Notes: generated from the sequence alone by a model not told the origin. Positions 49,093 to 59,692 are shown, counted from the first letter of the stretch. The stretch is 64,000 bases of DNA from an uncultured Nitrososphaerota archaeon (GCA_963703285.1 OY969807.1:1088001-1152000); one strand, 5' to 3'. Translations and numbers: made by a program.

Positions 49093-49582
49093 TCATTCTT
49101 TAATTCTTCCTATGTATTTCTTGACAGTCTCGCCGCTTATCTTGTAGCCGGTAGCTCTCGCGATTTCGAGACATGCTTGGCTGTACTCAGAGTTTGCCAG
49201 TAGGATGGATCGAATTTGGTTCAGGAACGATTCTGGAAGTGCTTTTCTTTCTGGAAATCTCTTTGCTGTTCCCATGGCCACCAAATCTTCGTAGTAGTTA
49301 CTCCGAATCCTAGAACTGAAGATGGGAAGTGATAGTCCGTCTTCGGTTCCAATGTCAATGTGAGTGATTGATGGTTGGTTGAAGACCATAGAGCGTATGT
49401 TGAGACTTGCGAACAGATCAACGAGCAGGCGTTCATTCGGTGAAGAGACTATCTTCACGTGATCGGCACCTGCGTCGACCCAGCCATCTGATTCGGCCAG
49501 CGCTTGCAGGAAGTGGATTCTGACGCTCGGTGGCGATTTCAGGAGCCATTTCGCTCTCAACGGATCGTATGTCGTCCTCTCT
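49093..49582 (-). pseudogene. 5'-truncated LAGLIDADG-like endonuclease remnant
   Basis: ERTTYDP..FLQALAESDGWV motif; lacks an N-terminus. Confidence 0.6.
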
Positions 49583-49871
49583 ATCTGTGTCTTCGGAGGG
49601 AAACGTCTAAGAGCGGAGAAGTTGAAAAGTAGTCTGCACTTGGTAAATTATCTGTCGAGCTTGGTTGCGGCTTCGAGCAATGCCAGAGGTTCCCTAAGGA
49701 CCACGTTTCCGAAGGAATTGGTGGATTTGTTTGGTCTGGCTGAGGGGGACAAGATAGAATGGGAATTCGATTCGAGGTCAGGTAAAGCTTGAGGCCATTG
49801 TCCGCAAGTCTGAATGAGGTTCCACATTTGATTCTGCCGACGTTCACAACAATCGAGAATCTACCAAGGAA

Positions 49872-50435
49872 TTATCTTCTCCAATACTCAGGAAAGTCCT
49901 TCCCGGAGCCCGTTTGGTTGCCAGCATATCGGAACGCATTGTCGAAGTCCTTCTTATCCCATATCAATCGCTTATAAAACGAAACTGCGAATAATGCTGC
50001 GGTCACCCAAAAGATTTCGGTCTTCGGCGCGAGATAGTAATCAGCTCCTTTTTGCCTCATAGCATCGGCCATGTCCTTGTAGGAATTCAAACAAGCGCTA
50101 ACAAAAACTGTTCCTGCTTTGATGTCGCCATCCATTTGAGCAATATCCTTTGCCGTGACCCATGAACTACCAACTTTGATACCAGTATTCTTTCCGCGCC
50201 TACCTGAACTTCTCTTTCCGCTATCACCATGCGCCGAAAGATGAATGATAGTGGGCCAATTCGCAGTCAAGGCGGCGAAGAGCGCGTTCTTGCTACGAAC
50301 TTCTCCTGGGTAATAATCAACGGATCTGGGGAATCTCAACTTGAGCATTCTGAAGAATTCACTTAGTAACACCGTTTCGTTCGGCTGATTCTGCGCAATG
50401 CAATTTACGAGAAGGATTCGATATTTTCGGGGCAT
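49872..50435 (-). CDS. Small CHAT/caspase-fold protein
   Basis: IIHLSAHG and FVSAC His-Cys dyad; A..F...FY..L. Confidence 0.7.
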   Translation of the reverse strand: MPRKYRILLVNCIAQNQPNETVLLSEFFRMLKLRFPRSVDYYPGEVRSKNALFAALTANWPTIIHLSAHGDSGKRSSGRRGKNTGIKVGSSWVTAKDIAQMDGDIKAGTVFVSACLNSYKDMADAMRQKGADYYLAPKTEIFWVTAALFAVSFYKRLIWDKKDFDNAFRYAGNQTGSGKDFPEYWRR

Positions 50436-50567
50436 TAATGAATCGGTGATGAAACTATCAATCTTCTACTTAATTCCTCCCAAGTCAGTTACCGAGGCTT
50501 CGTTCTCTCTTTTTTGGAGTCTGTTGTGTGCCCTAACGCGGCGCATGGGGTGTAGGCAACAATCACC

Positions 50568-50727
50568 ATGGCCACCGCTCAACGCTTCCTCGAGAGATCG
50601 CCCCTATCATTGTCGTTCCTCGCCCAAATTAAGCTGGTCCTGTCTAGCTGCAAGAACTACGATCGAGCCTGCTTGGATATCGCGACGAACACAGGTTATA
50701 AGATCAGCAATAAGACGGTAAAGAAAT
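50568..50727 (+). pseudogene. Second, inverted C-terminal fragment of the LAGLIDADG-like family
   Basis: MATAQRFLER..SFL.QI..ACL.IA..TGYKIS..TVKK aligns with the C-terminus of 49093-49582. Confidence 0.65.
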
Positions 50728-50754
50728 GCTCAATCGCATTACGCTGTCCGGAGA

Positions 50755-51303
50755 TCAGTCGAACTTGAGCAGGTCTTTCATTGCAATGTCTCCTGATTTC
50801 AACCTCTGGAATAGCAATTCTGAAGTATTCAGGTCGTCTCGATTGTGCATCACGATCTTGTCGTATTCCTTCGTTTCGTAGAAATGAGGCATATCCTTAC
50901 CATTCAATTCTGGAAACTCCCTCTTGATTCCCAGCCTCGCGAGCCAAAAAGACTGACTCTGATAGCTGTCTCCGAGGAACTGATAGAGGTCAAACCACTT
51001 CTTGTCATGAATCTTTACCCATGAATCCGGGGTTGACTTGCCAAGAATGTCGAGACGCTTGAGAAGGAATGGAACGTCGAACTTCAGATTATTGAATCCC
51101 AGTATGGTCTCTTCAAACTTGTCAATCCCTTCTATCTCCCTGAATACCTCTAGGATCATCTCTGCTTCACTCCTTGCCTCCCAAACCTTCCAGTGTAGAA
51201 TCTTCCCATGGCGTTTCATTCCGATGAGAGAAACGATGCTCCTGTGAGGATCTAACCCTTGGCCGGCCGTCTCGATGTCAAAACAAACGACCATGTTCAA
51301 CAT
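50755..51303 (-). CDS. RNase H-like DEDD exonuclease (YprB/RNase_H_2 type)
   Basis: FDIET, GFN..FD.PFL and HN.DD motifs. Confidence 0.85.
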   Translation of the reverse strand: MLNMVVCFDIETAGQGLDPHRSIVSLIGMKRHGKILHWKVWEARSEAEMILEVFREIEGIDKFEETILGFNNLKFDVPFLLKRLDILGKSTPDSWVKIHDKKWFDLYQFLGDSYQSQSFWLARLGIKREFPELNGKDMPHFYETKEYDKIVMHNRDDLNTSELLFQRLKSGDIAMKDLLKFD

Positions 51304-51412
51304 TTGCCGACCTTGCAGAATAAAAAAAGCGTCACTCTTGTTCACTGCGTCGGAATCGAGCCGACTCGATGTCATAGGGTTAATTAGTCCCGGCTTCCCA
51401 ATCCACTTCAGC

Positions 51413-51712
51413 ATGAGCTTCTCTGAGGCCAAAGTCGAGCAGGTTTGGCAGAAGGCTACACAGGTTCCCGATCCTCAAAATCCAAGGTGGGCAAAGGATG
51501 AATGCGGAGCTTGGATCTACAGGGGCAACTACGGTAGGCGTGACCTAGTATATGGCTGGGAGGTTCATCATATCCTACCGGCCTCAAGAGGGGGGTCCGA
51601 TGACTTGTCGAATCTAATCCCTCTCCAGTGCGATAACAATATTGCGACTGGCGATGGTCCTCTTCGATGTGTGATGAAGGCAAACGGTAACAAGAATGTT
51701 CGCGTTGGATAA
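51413..51712 (+). CDS. Small HNH endonuclease
   Basis: VW.K..D.CGA.I..GWEVHHI.P...GG.D..SNL.PL...NN. Confidence 0.85.
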   Translation: MSFSEAKVEQVWQKATQVPDPQNPRWAKDECGAWIYRGNYGRRDLVYGWEVHHILPASRGGSDDLSNLIPLQCDNNIATGDGPLRCVMKANGNKNVRVG

Positions 51713-51783
51713 ATGCCAATCCGTCGGTCAGGAAACTTCTCAGACAAGTTAACAGGATTCGCGATTAAGCGCTCGCTTGCTCT

Positions 51784-52044
51784 TCACTTTTCCATATCTT
51801 TTAACTTGGACGAGACCGATTTTCCCCGTTCCGAAGCCACAAAGATCTTCCCCAGCCTCGCCTTCGGAGTGACAAGTTCGATCAGCCCCTTCGATTGGAG
51901 CTCGCGGAGCGCTCGGCTGATATTCGGGAGGCTCATGTGAAGCTCTCTCGCAAGGATTGTGGGGGTCTTCGCCGAGGCCAACTTCAGCAGGACGGCGGCG
52001 CGAGTCTTGCTGCGAACCACATAGCTCACGTCATCCCAGGACAT
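51784..52044 (-). CDS. Winged-helix (ArsR/MarR-like) regulator
   Basis: RS..R..TPT.LA...SL.NISRAL.EL...GLI. Confidence 0.85.
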   Translation of the reverse strand: MSWDDVSYVVRSKTRAAVLLKLASAKTPTILARELHMSLPNISRALRELQSKGLIELVTPKARLGKIFVASERGKSVSSKLKDMEK

Positions 52045-52099
52045 TCGCCATGAAATAGTTCACAAGTTATTTCGGAATAGTTATCAAGAAGCTATCATA

Positions 52100-53287
52100 A
52101 TGTTAACGGATATGACCGGTTCCTCGCCCCCCAGTCTGGAGGAGGAGGTCACATCCATCGTCTCCTTTCTCTGCAAGAGGGACCCTCGCACGTTCAGGCC
52201 AGTCTCAGGAGAGTGGGACTCCTTGGAGATAAGGGACGACCCGAGGGAGGCGGTCCTGATCGCGAGCATCGTCTCCGACTCCTTCTTCATCAGGAGAGGT
52301 ACCGACAACCAAGATTCGCTAGAAGCCTTCCACATCAGCCTTCCTCTCGACTTTCCGGCGGGGTGGGCGACCGACCTCCAGGCTATCTACCCGGAGGTCT
52401 TCGAGGGCAGCATCAAGACCGTCCGATTCGTCAAGCACTGGGTCCCGATGTGGGAGACGAGCCCTTCGACCCTAGAGACGGGGAGGAGGAAGATGCTCCG
52501 CGAGCTCGACGCCTATTTGAGGGCAGAGAGGATGGAGCCGGGGGACTGCCTCTTCGTCCCCTACAAGGAGTACAGGAGCGGCCTCCAGGTGGGCGAGCTG
52601 GTCTACCACTACCTCGCCGGGCTGGTCTTCAAGGAGATGGGCTACCTCGTGTGCAACGAGTTCCCCGTCGCCGAGTACGACAAGGCGAAGACCCCGAGGC
52701 CCGACCTCAGCGCGTTCAGGACCCCGGAGGTCGAGGGGATTTTGGTCGAGGCGCGCAGGAGGGGCGTGATCTGGGCCGGGGCCTTCGTGGAGGAGTTCCA
52801 GCTCTTCGGCGTCTTCGGGAGGCAGCGGTACAAGCCCAGGCCGCCCGACGCCTTCGAGCCCCTGACGGACGCCCAGGGCGTCGCGATCGAGGTCGAGAGG
52901 ACGGAGTCCCAGAGGCGCGGCGTCTCGCAGCTCCGGGGCTACCTGCTGGCGACGATGGGTCTCTTCGACGAGGGGTACCTCGCGGGCCCGTCCCTGGACC
53001 TCCTGGAAGGGACGATGGCCTTCTCAGGCAACGGGGAGCTGCGATTCAGGAGGTCCGCCCCGGCGTACCGGTTCGATCCCCTGCCCGAGCACCTCAAGGC
53101 TAAGAGAAGGGCGCAGCTCGAGAGCATCCAGGCCACGATGATAGTCCAGGCGTTCAAGAACCTCCCCCTACCCAGAATCGTCTCGCTCTGCTCGGCGACG
53201 TACGAGGCCTCGAGCTACCAGGCTCTCTTGGGCGCGATGTACTCGACGGATTTTGCAACGGTTCTGGACGCGGTCGAGAGGAGATAA
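52100..53287 (+). CDS. Putative PD-(D/E)XK restriction-like nuclease
   Basis: E...GY.V..E, RPDL, IEVE and G.SQL..Y arrangement. Confidence 0.5.
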   Translation: MLTDMTGSSPPSLEEEVTSIVSFLCKRDPRTFRPVSGEWDSLEIRDDPREAVLIASIVSDSFFIRRGTDNQDSLEAFHISLPLDFPAGWATDLQAIYPEVFEGSIKTVRFVKHWVPMWETSPSTLETGRRKMLRELDAYLRAERMEPGDCLFVPYKEYRSGLQVGELVYHYLAGLVFKEMGYLVCNEFPVAEYDKAKTPRPDLSAFRTPEVEGILVEARRRGVIWAGAFVEEFQLFGVFGRQRYKPRPPDAFEPLTDAQGVAIEVERTESQRRGVSQLRGYLLATMGLFDEGYLAGPSLDLLEGTMAFSGNGELRFRRSAPAYRFDPLPEHLKAKRRAQLESIQATMIVQAFKNLPLPRIVSLCSATYEASSYQALLGAMYSTDFATVLDAVERR

Positions 53288-54152
53288 CAGATTTACCTGC
53301 GCTTCGGTATCCAGCTGGGAGGAGCGCGCCCAAAACCTCCCTCGGCCTAGACCGGACGTGCCAAGAAAAAAGAATGGTGCGACCCGAATAACCAAAGATA
53401 GCTCGCGAAGGCAAGTAGGCATCAACAGAAGCCAGAGGATAACGGGGATCCAGGAAAGTGCTTCTCGTTGATACCGCAAGATAGCCGGGGACAGAGGTTG
53501 TCAGTGGAAGGATGACTTGGGGGCATGATAGGAAGAAAGAAAGCGCAACCTCGGTCAATCAAGCTCCCGCGGCAGACATCGAGACATGAGGCTGTCGACG
53601 AGCTATCGCCGTCTACTTTACGCTGTAACAGCCGTCTATGAGAATTTTGTGACAAAAAATATTTTCTAGTCGCGCGTCTATTCTCCGTTGCTATTCGATA
53701 TTGTCTCACACTATCCTTGGCTACTGTCTTAGAAGCAACTTTGTTGCTCTCCCGTTATCCTCCATTATCCCCTGTTGTACTATCCCGAATGAGTGGCGTA
53801 ACACTCGAAGGCAGGCGTGTTCAGTAACTATCGATTAGATGTCGTAAGGTGACGCTAGCCTCGAATCCCCTGCCCCACCAGATGTAGGTGCCCCTCGACG
53901 CACACCTTCTTACCATGGATCGCGCCCCTTGTTTGCAGGTCGAACAGTCTGGACACGAGAACATCACGAGTGACGCCTAATGTTGGGTCGAAACTCTTGG
54001 CAAAATCAAGAATCTTGGCATAGGGCGGCGGGGCATACAACTTGACTTCACTCCCATCCACAACTCCAAGCGATTTCGCATACTTGATTCCCTCTCTCGC
54101 AATCCCGTGCAGTAGCTGGGCGTGGGCGAAGTGGTGGGGCTTGACCGTTAGA

Positions 54153-54638
54153 TCATGCGATAGGACAGCCGTCTACAATCTTGTCTCCGCTCTCGAGTCT
54201 CGGCAATGGGGCATCCATATTTGGCACCTTACTGCCAATACGGTGATGTTGGATTGTACTTGGATTTAGGAGTCTAAATCCGTTCTTGTGGCTGTCCTCC
54301 ATATTCGACGACTCTTCAGTAAATTGACAAAGGGTAATGGATCCATCGAGAGTGTGCCGCATTGACGACAGACTAGCAACAGCGTCGAATTTGCCATCTG
54401 CTAGAGCATCTCCTATGCCCTTGAGCAGAACCTTGTTCACTTCCCCTATTGTTGGGCACGCCGGGCCAGGGTCTTCTGCTTCCAGGATTGGCTTGAGTTT
54501 TTGCTCGACGTATTTCGAAACCGAATCGTCCCCCTTCCTATCCTTGATCTTGCGCAGACCATTCCGCGTTGTCTCGTCAAGAGACAGATTAACTGCCTTA
54601 TGCCCGCCATCTTCCGCTGGTCTGCCTCCGGTTGTCAT
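54153..54638 (-). CDS. Putative ribbon-helix-helix DNA-binding protein; may continue by frameshift to 53855
   Basis: GRP..VNLSLD..T...L..SVSKYVE pattern. Confidence 0.5.
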   Translation of the reverse strand: MTTGGRPAEDGGHKAVNLSLDETTRNGLRKIKDRKGDDSVSKYVEQKLKPILEAEDPGPACPTIGEVNKVLLKGIGDALADGKFDAVASLSSMRHTLDGSITLCQFTEESSNMEDSHKNGFRLLNPSTIQHHRIGSKVPNMDAPLPRLESGDKIVDGCPIA

Positions 54639-54661
54639 TGAGTTTCCTGCGCATGATTTTC

Positions 54662-54669
54662 CATATATG
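54662..54669. promoter_or_regulatory. Palindromic bidirectional TATA element
   Basis: CATATATG lies about 21-30 nt from the divergent ATGs at 54638 and 54690. Confidence 0.5.
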
Positions 54670-54689
54670 TGCCTTATTACCCGAAAGAC

Positions 54690-56255
54690 ATGAACGCCGA
54701 CGAAGGAACAATCAAAGAGCTTGAGAGTCTCGGCAAGCGAAAACCACTGTCGAAAGAGGACCTCAACCGGGCCAAGGACCTGATGGTCGCGCTGAAGCAG
54801 CACGGGTACACGGTCGAGGAGATCGCCGAGCTCTCCGACGGCGGCTGGTCGGTCCCCTCGGTGAAGAACTATGTACGTGGCGTGAAGGTCCAGGACGCGA
54901 CCTCGAAGCTCAACCTGATCTCCTCTTTGAAGGAACTGTTGGAGAAGGGAATCGCATTCGAGCAGGTGACCTCGGTAGCCGGTGCTATCCAAGAGCTCGA
55001 CTCCATGGGCCTGTCGATCGGGGACGTGTCAGCGGTATTCACGGAGGCGGCCGAGGCACGTTACCCATTGAAACAGTTGTTGGACCTGCTCGAAGAGGCG
55101 AAGGGTTCCGGACTTTCGGCCCTTCGCATGGCGGACGCGCTCAAGTTCAAGGACCTGTGCGACTCCTCCGGAATCGGTTTCGATAGCATGGCCAGCTTCG
55201 CTACGAGCCTAAAGACCTACGGTGATGCCGATTCGATTCTCTCGGCGATCAACCAATACGGTTCCCTCGAATCGATTCAGGACGATGTTGCGAAGGCGAA
55301 GGAGCAGAAGGACAGACTCACCGGAGAGATTCACAAGGTGGATGGCCAGCTCAACCAGCTGAGGGCTAAACAAGCGGCAATAGAGCCTAGTATCCGATTG
55401 TACGAGAAGCTCCAGAAGGCTGGGTTCGACGAAGGAGCGTTGCGAGAGCTTGAGACATCATCGGCCAAGTACGAAGAACCCAAGACGCTACTCAGGGCGA
55501 TCAACGCTTTCGGGAGCTTGAGAGAGCTGGAGACCAAGGCGAAAGATGGGAAGAAGAAACTCATCGATGTGGAGACCAATCTGAAGCAGACCCAAGCCGA
55601 GTACAGTCACCTCATGCCGGTGATCCACATGCTCACCAGACTCCTATACGAGCTGAAGTTCAATCCAGAGCGGATTACCCAGCTTTACCGAATGGCCGAG
55701 GCCTACGGTGAGCCGCTCGAGGTGCTGGGTGCGATTGCCAAGTACGGGGATATCAAGCGACTGGAAGAAAGGATATCCTCGCTCAGAGAGACGGACGGCG
55801 AACTCGCGTTGAGAGAGATCCAGCTTAATGCCAAGCTGGAACAAACGCAGGGTCTTCTCGACGATCTCGGTTCAAAGATTCCCGATCTCACGAAGAGGAT
55901 TTCGGACGAACTTCACAATGCAATCAAGTCCATTACCTTTGAGGCGACAAAATACTCTGAAAACCTGGGAAGTCAGAAGGCCAACGCAGCTCAGTTCGCC
56001 GAGGAACTCAAGGTCGCACGCATATTGTTGACCATCGACAAATACCCGGGCGAAGCCGTGCACCTTCCCCTAGACTACGTCCTCCTCATGATGCGAGGGG
56101 TCAAAAGATACTGCCACACGAAAGAGCTTAACCCGAAAGTTGTGCCCGGCAATCTCGGGAAGAAGTACTGGTTCAGTATAGAGGACAAGGAAATTGAACT
56201 CTACGACCTCATAGACTTGGTCGAGAGAGGCCTGTCAAAACCCATCGGAGGATGA
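54690..56255 (+). CDS. Long coiled-coil protein with an N-terminal HTH-like motif
   Basis: GYTVEEIAEL..WSVPSVKNY; three AI..YG/FG.L..L repeats. Confidence 0.75.
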   Translation: MNADEGTIKELESLGKRKPLSKEDLNRAKDLMVALKQHGYTVEEIAELSDGGWSVPSVKNYVRGVKVQDATSKLNLISSLKELLEKGIAFEQVTSVAGAIQELDSMGLSIGDVSAVFTEAAEARYPLKQLLDLLEEAKGSGLSALRMADALKFKDLCDSSGIGFDSMASFATSLKTYGDADSILSAINQYGSLESIQDDVAKAKEQKDRLTGEIHKVDGQLNQLRAKQAAIEPSIRLYEKLQKAGFDEGALRELETSSAKYEEPKTLLRAINAFGSLRELETKAKDGKKKLIDVETNLKQTQAEYSHLMPVIHMLTRLLYELKFNPERITQLYRMAEAYGEPLEVLGAIAKYGDIKRLEERISSLRETDGELALREIQLNAKLEQTQGLLDDLGSKIPDLTKRISDELHNAIKSITFEATKYSENLGSQKANAAQFAEELKVARILLTIDKYPGEAVHLPLDYVLLMMRGVKRYCHTKELNPKVVPGNLGKKYWFSIEDKEIELYDLIDLVERGLSKPIGG

Positions 56256-57169
56256 AGATGTCTCTCGATGATATCAGCCGCAGTCTGGCAGAGATGGATG
56301 CGGTGAAGAATTACGAGACCATATCTGAACAATTGAAGCAGAGTCAAGCTAGGAGCGAAGCTCTCACGAAGGAGGTTGAATCCCTCAAGCAGAAGGTGAC
56401 GGACCGCACTAACACTGCCGTGGAGCTGGGCTTGAAGGTCAATCTTTCTCTTGAAAGACTGAAACAAACGAAGGAGGAGAACGAAGCGCTGCGAGACCAC
56501 GTTCTCATTCTAGAAGACTTGGAGGCCACGACCGATGGGAAGAATCTTCCAGAGGTCCTTGACGCTTTACTCAAACTGAACGCTGCTGAAATCGAGAAGA
56601 GAAGCAAGGATCTTGCGATTAAATTGCACAACAAATGGGAGAAGAATGAACGGCCGAAGCAGGTCATGGAAGAGGCCGCTTCGTTTCTCAAACAGACTCT
56701 ATCAATCATAAACTCGGGCTCGAGCGACTTCGGGAAGGATCTTACACAGGTGGGAATTCCAGACTTGGTGAAAGCGGTCCTGGAGTCGGAACACAAAAAG
56801 AGGATTGATGAGGAGTTTCTGAAAGGGGTCGATGTCGAGTCCACCAAGATTGCGGGGGGCAAGCTGGAGAAGCTTAAGACGGAAGCCTGGCCGAAATTCG
56901 TCAAGGAACAGGTAGAGCCAAAGGCTTCAGAGCTTGCAACTATTCTGCACGATCAACTCGTGAACTTCCTCTCCGGAGAGTACTGGTTTCGATGTGACAA
57001 GTGCCAAACGGAGGGAAGCTTCAGACTTCTTCCCGAGCATATAGCTCAAATGTTGATGGACGGGTGGTTCAAGATTCAATGCGGGAATGAAGCGTGCCGA
57101 GACCCATTTGGGAGGCACGAAATCAAGCTTAGCGTTGTCGATTTTATCACGAATCGATTACTCCCATAG
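56252..57169 (+). CDS. Coiled-coil protein with C-terminal zinc ribbon
   Basis: CDKC..CGNEAC..H; ATGA overlap with the upstream gene. Confidence 0.75.
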   Translation: MKMSLDDISRSLAEMDAVKNYETISEQLKQSQARSEALTKEVESLKQKVTDRTNTAVELGLKVNLSLERLKQTKEENEALRDHVLILEDLEATTDGKNLPEVLDALLKLNAAEIEKRSKDLAIKLHNKWEKNERPKQVMEEAASFLKQTLSIINSGSSDFGKDLTQVGIPDLVKAVLESEHKKRIDEEFLKGVDVESTKIAGGKLEKLKTEAWPKFVKEQVEPKASELATILHDQLVNFLSGEYWFRCDKCQTEGSFRLLPEHIAQMLMDGWFKIQCGNEACRDPFGRHEIKLSVVDFITNRLLP

Positions 57170-57299
57170 CTGTTATCAGTAGTCCAAGGAAAGAACCAAG
57201 AAGAATCCGAGCTCAAGCTTCAAGGCCCGGTCTCTCAAAAGATAGCCAGGCAGTCGATCGAATGAAACCAGCTCTAAGCTTGGGAAATCAACTCTCTAC

Positions 57300-57827
57300 C
57301 TAATAGTGTGCGTCGCCCAGTTCGTCACGGATAGACCTCACAAGCTCGAACCTCGCTAACGCCGAGCTCCCAATGCTCTCGAAAACCTCCTCATTCTCGA
57401 GCTCATCGACGCTCAGGTCCGATTCTGTCAATCGGAAGGAAAACTCGGTCCAGCTCAAGTCGTGTCCTTCGTAACGCTCTCCGGGATGGTACTCGCTGAC
57501 CGCGGTCACGTGCAGTTCGAGGTCCTTGTACTTCCTCGCGATATCGCCCACGCTCTGGACTTCCTGGCCCAGCTGTATTGGGTGGATCACCGTGCCCTTG
57601 ACCCAGACCTCGAGGTCCCAGACCCCCGCCTCCTTGCGACCGCACCTGATCAGGGCGAACGCCCAGACGGTGTGCTTCCGGCCGTCCGGCTCCGCCACCG
57701 AGAGCACCAGGTTGCTCTCCCTCTCCGACGATTCCCCGACGGTGGTCGAGACGGTGGAATCCTTGAAGTGGGACCTGATCCGGTCCCCGATCGAGACGGC
57801 GATGCGGTCGCAGACCTCTAGGGACAT
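57300..57827 (-). CDS. Hypothetical protein
   Basis: 175-aa ORF with coding-like composition. Confidence 0.6.
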   Translation of the reverse strand: MSLEVCDRIAVSIGDRIRSHFKDSTVSTTVGESSERESNLVLSVAEPDGRKHTVWAFALIRCGRKEAGVWDLEVWVKGTVIHPIQLGQEVQSVGDIARKYKDLELHVTAVSEYHPGERYEGHDLSWTEFSFRLTESDLSVDELENEEVFESIGSSALARFELVRSIRDELGDAHY

Positions 57828-58072
57828 TCTGAACTGTTACTCCGGTCGACGTTACGAACCCCGGACTCGTATCTCGATATGGCGATAATGGCTTGACCTA
57901 GGTACCCTCTGACCCGCGATAACTCGGCTCTGGTGTCCAGAACGAGTTGCTTCTGTTCCCGCCCGATGTCGGAGTCAGCATAGGTCCCTTGATCCTCGAT
58001 CGTCCAGTGGACGATCTGGTCCACGTCATCAATTGCACCTGCCATGCTCAGGAGAATTTCCCTGACGCTCAT
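57818..58072 (-). CDS. Small helical hypothetical protein
   Basis: 84-aa ORF overlapping the next gene. Confidence 0.45.
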   Translation of the reverse strand: MSVREILLSMAGAIDDVDQIVHWTIEDQGTYADSDIGREQKQLVLDTRAELSRVRGYLGQAIIAISRYESGVRNVDRSNSSECP

Positions 58073-58432
58073 TGGTTGCTGAACCGTGCCCGCGTTCTTA
58101 CGTGACCATGTTTGCCATGAGTTGACCTAAGGTTGATAGATCGAGCTCTCGATACGAGACGCCGGTCCAAGTGCCCCTTACCAAGATGAGGGTCTCGCAA
58201 TAGACTACCTAGGGGGACGTGTTGTCGCCAGAAGAGCTCTTCGTTGGCAGAAGTCGGGATGATTAACAAGCTCTACGAAAGCCTGTAATCTGACTATCTC
58301 GACGCTCTTACGTGAAATGCCTTCCCCATTTACCCCTCAAATTGCCCAAGGAGGAAGGTACCGTAACTAACGGCTGCGCCATATCACTAGGAAGGAAAAG
58401 CGACTTCCAGCTAGACTCTCGAGGCGTTGAGA

Positions 58433-59506
58433 TCAAGGGACCACCCTTCTCATCGTGTGGCTGGACGATATCTCATCGTGCTGTTCGGGTGCGGTGTTGT
58501 CGAATTGGAACCCTTCATTCTTGTACAACGCGAGTGCTGGCTCGTTTCCATCTCGAACAATCAAGATACACTCTTTTGCCGACTTGCTCTTGAAATATTC
58601 CTGAATTATTTCCAAGAGCCTCTTTCCTATTCCGAGTCTTCTGTAGGGAGAATCTACTGCAATCGAATCTACCTCTCCAATGCCACGTTCGTCGATGTAT
58701 CCGATTGTGTATCCAACGACCTTGCCCAGTATTTCGGCAACGAAAAACCCGTCCTTATGGTCTCTAAAGTACTCGAGGAATTTCTCTCTTGAATACGCAT
58801 CAGCCGCTAGGAAGGAACTCACCTCGACCTCAGTAACGCGGTCGATTTGCGCCGATTCAACAGGGCCGTACCGGACTTGTAGTTCTTCCATCAGGAAGCG
58901 CTTGAGGTTCGCTTGACTCGTCTCCCGCTGGATTTCTGCAAACCCCTCCTTTTTCGAGACCTGAGCGGACGCGATTTCGTTTAGGTGTTGGAACTCACCA
59001 TAGTATTCTTGACTTCCTCTCTCTGTTCTGTAAGCTTGGATATAGTCCTGCAGGACTTCCCAATACGGAATTATCCAGTAGCTCGGGATGGACCAAACAG
59101 CATACTGGCGGACTAGGCCGCTTCGCAGCATCAATCCGAAGTCCTCAAAGTAGTCCAATAATTCGTCCGCGTATTCTTCGTATAGCTTGAAATGGCCCTT
59201 GTAAAGCAGCAAGTTACGGGCCAAATTGCTTCTGACCTGGCGATACTCCGTCGAATCGAATTTGTCCATCTCTCTACGAAGAAGTTCGTATGCCGAGACT
59301 TTCGATGTCTGCTTGATCTGTATGTAAAGGTAGTAGACGTAAGCAACGGTAAAGATCGCAACGAGCGCTTCCCAGAAGATAGGAGATGTGAGCACGCTAG
59401 GCAGAACAGTTGAAAAACTGGCAGACGAACTTGCGGAGCTTAACGAGCTGGAAGCCCCCTCGTTCGCTAGGGCAATCCATTCGTTAACAATCTGGAACAC
59501 GTTCAC
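58433..59506 (-). CDS. TM / DUF4760-like helical domain / GNAT acetyltransferase fusion
   Basis: TM segment; LLDYFE..G..++.G; YY.EF..L; C-terminal IAV...YRRLGIG..N..A..LY...GF. Confidence 0.75.
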   Translation of the reverse strand: MNVFQIVNEWIALANEGASSSLSSASSSASFSTVLPSVLTSPIFWEALVAIFTVAYVYYLYIQIKQTSKVSAYELLRREMDKFDSTEYRQVRSNLARNLLLYKGHFKLYEEYADELLDYFEDFGLMLRSGLVRQYAVWSIPSYWIIPYWEVLQDYIQAYRTERGSQEYYGEFQHLNEIASAQVSKKEGFAEIQRETSQANLKRFLMEELQVRYGPVESAQIDRVTEVEVSSFLAADAYSREKFLEYFRDHKDGFFVAEILGKVVGYTIGYIDERGIGEVDSIAVDSPYRRLGIGKRLLEIIQEYFKSKSAKECILIVRDGNEPALALYKNEGFQFDNTAPEQHDEISSSHTMRRVVP

Positions 59507-59692
59507 AGATAGGTGCTGATGTCTTTTAAGTCAGACGCTGCTGAGGAAGTTGGTGTGGGCGTCGGTCGCCAGAGGCGAAGGCCCGGAGAGTAAGCTCCTA
59601 AACTACCGCTTCCTGCCTCTCTACTTGAGAAAGGCCAAGGGGCGATACAATTAACTTGATCGGAAGGGAACCTGGAAGAGAGGGATAAACCC

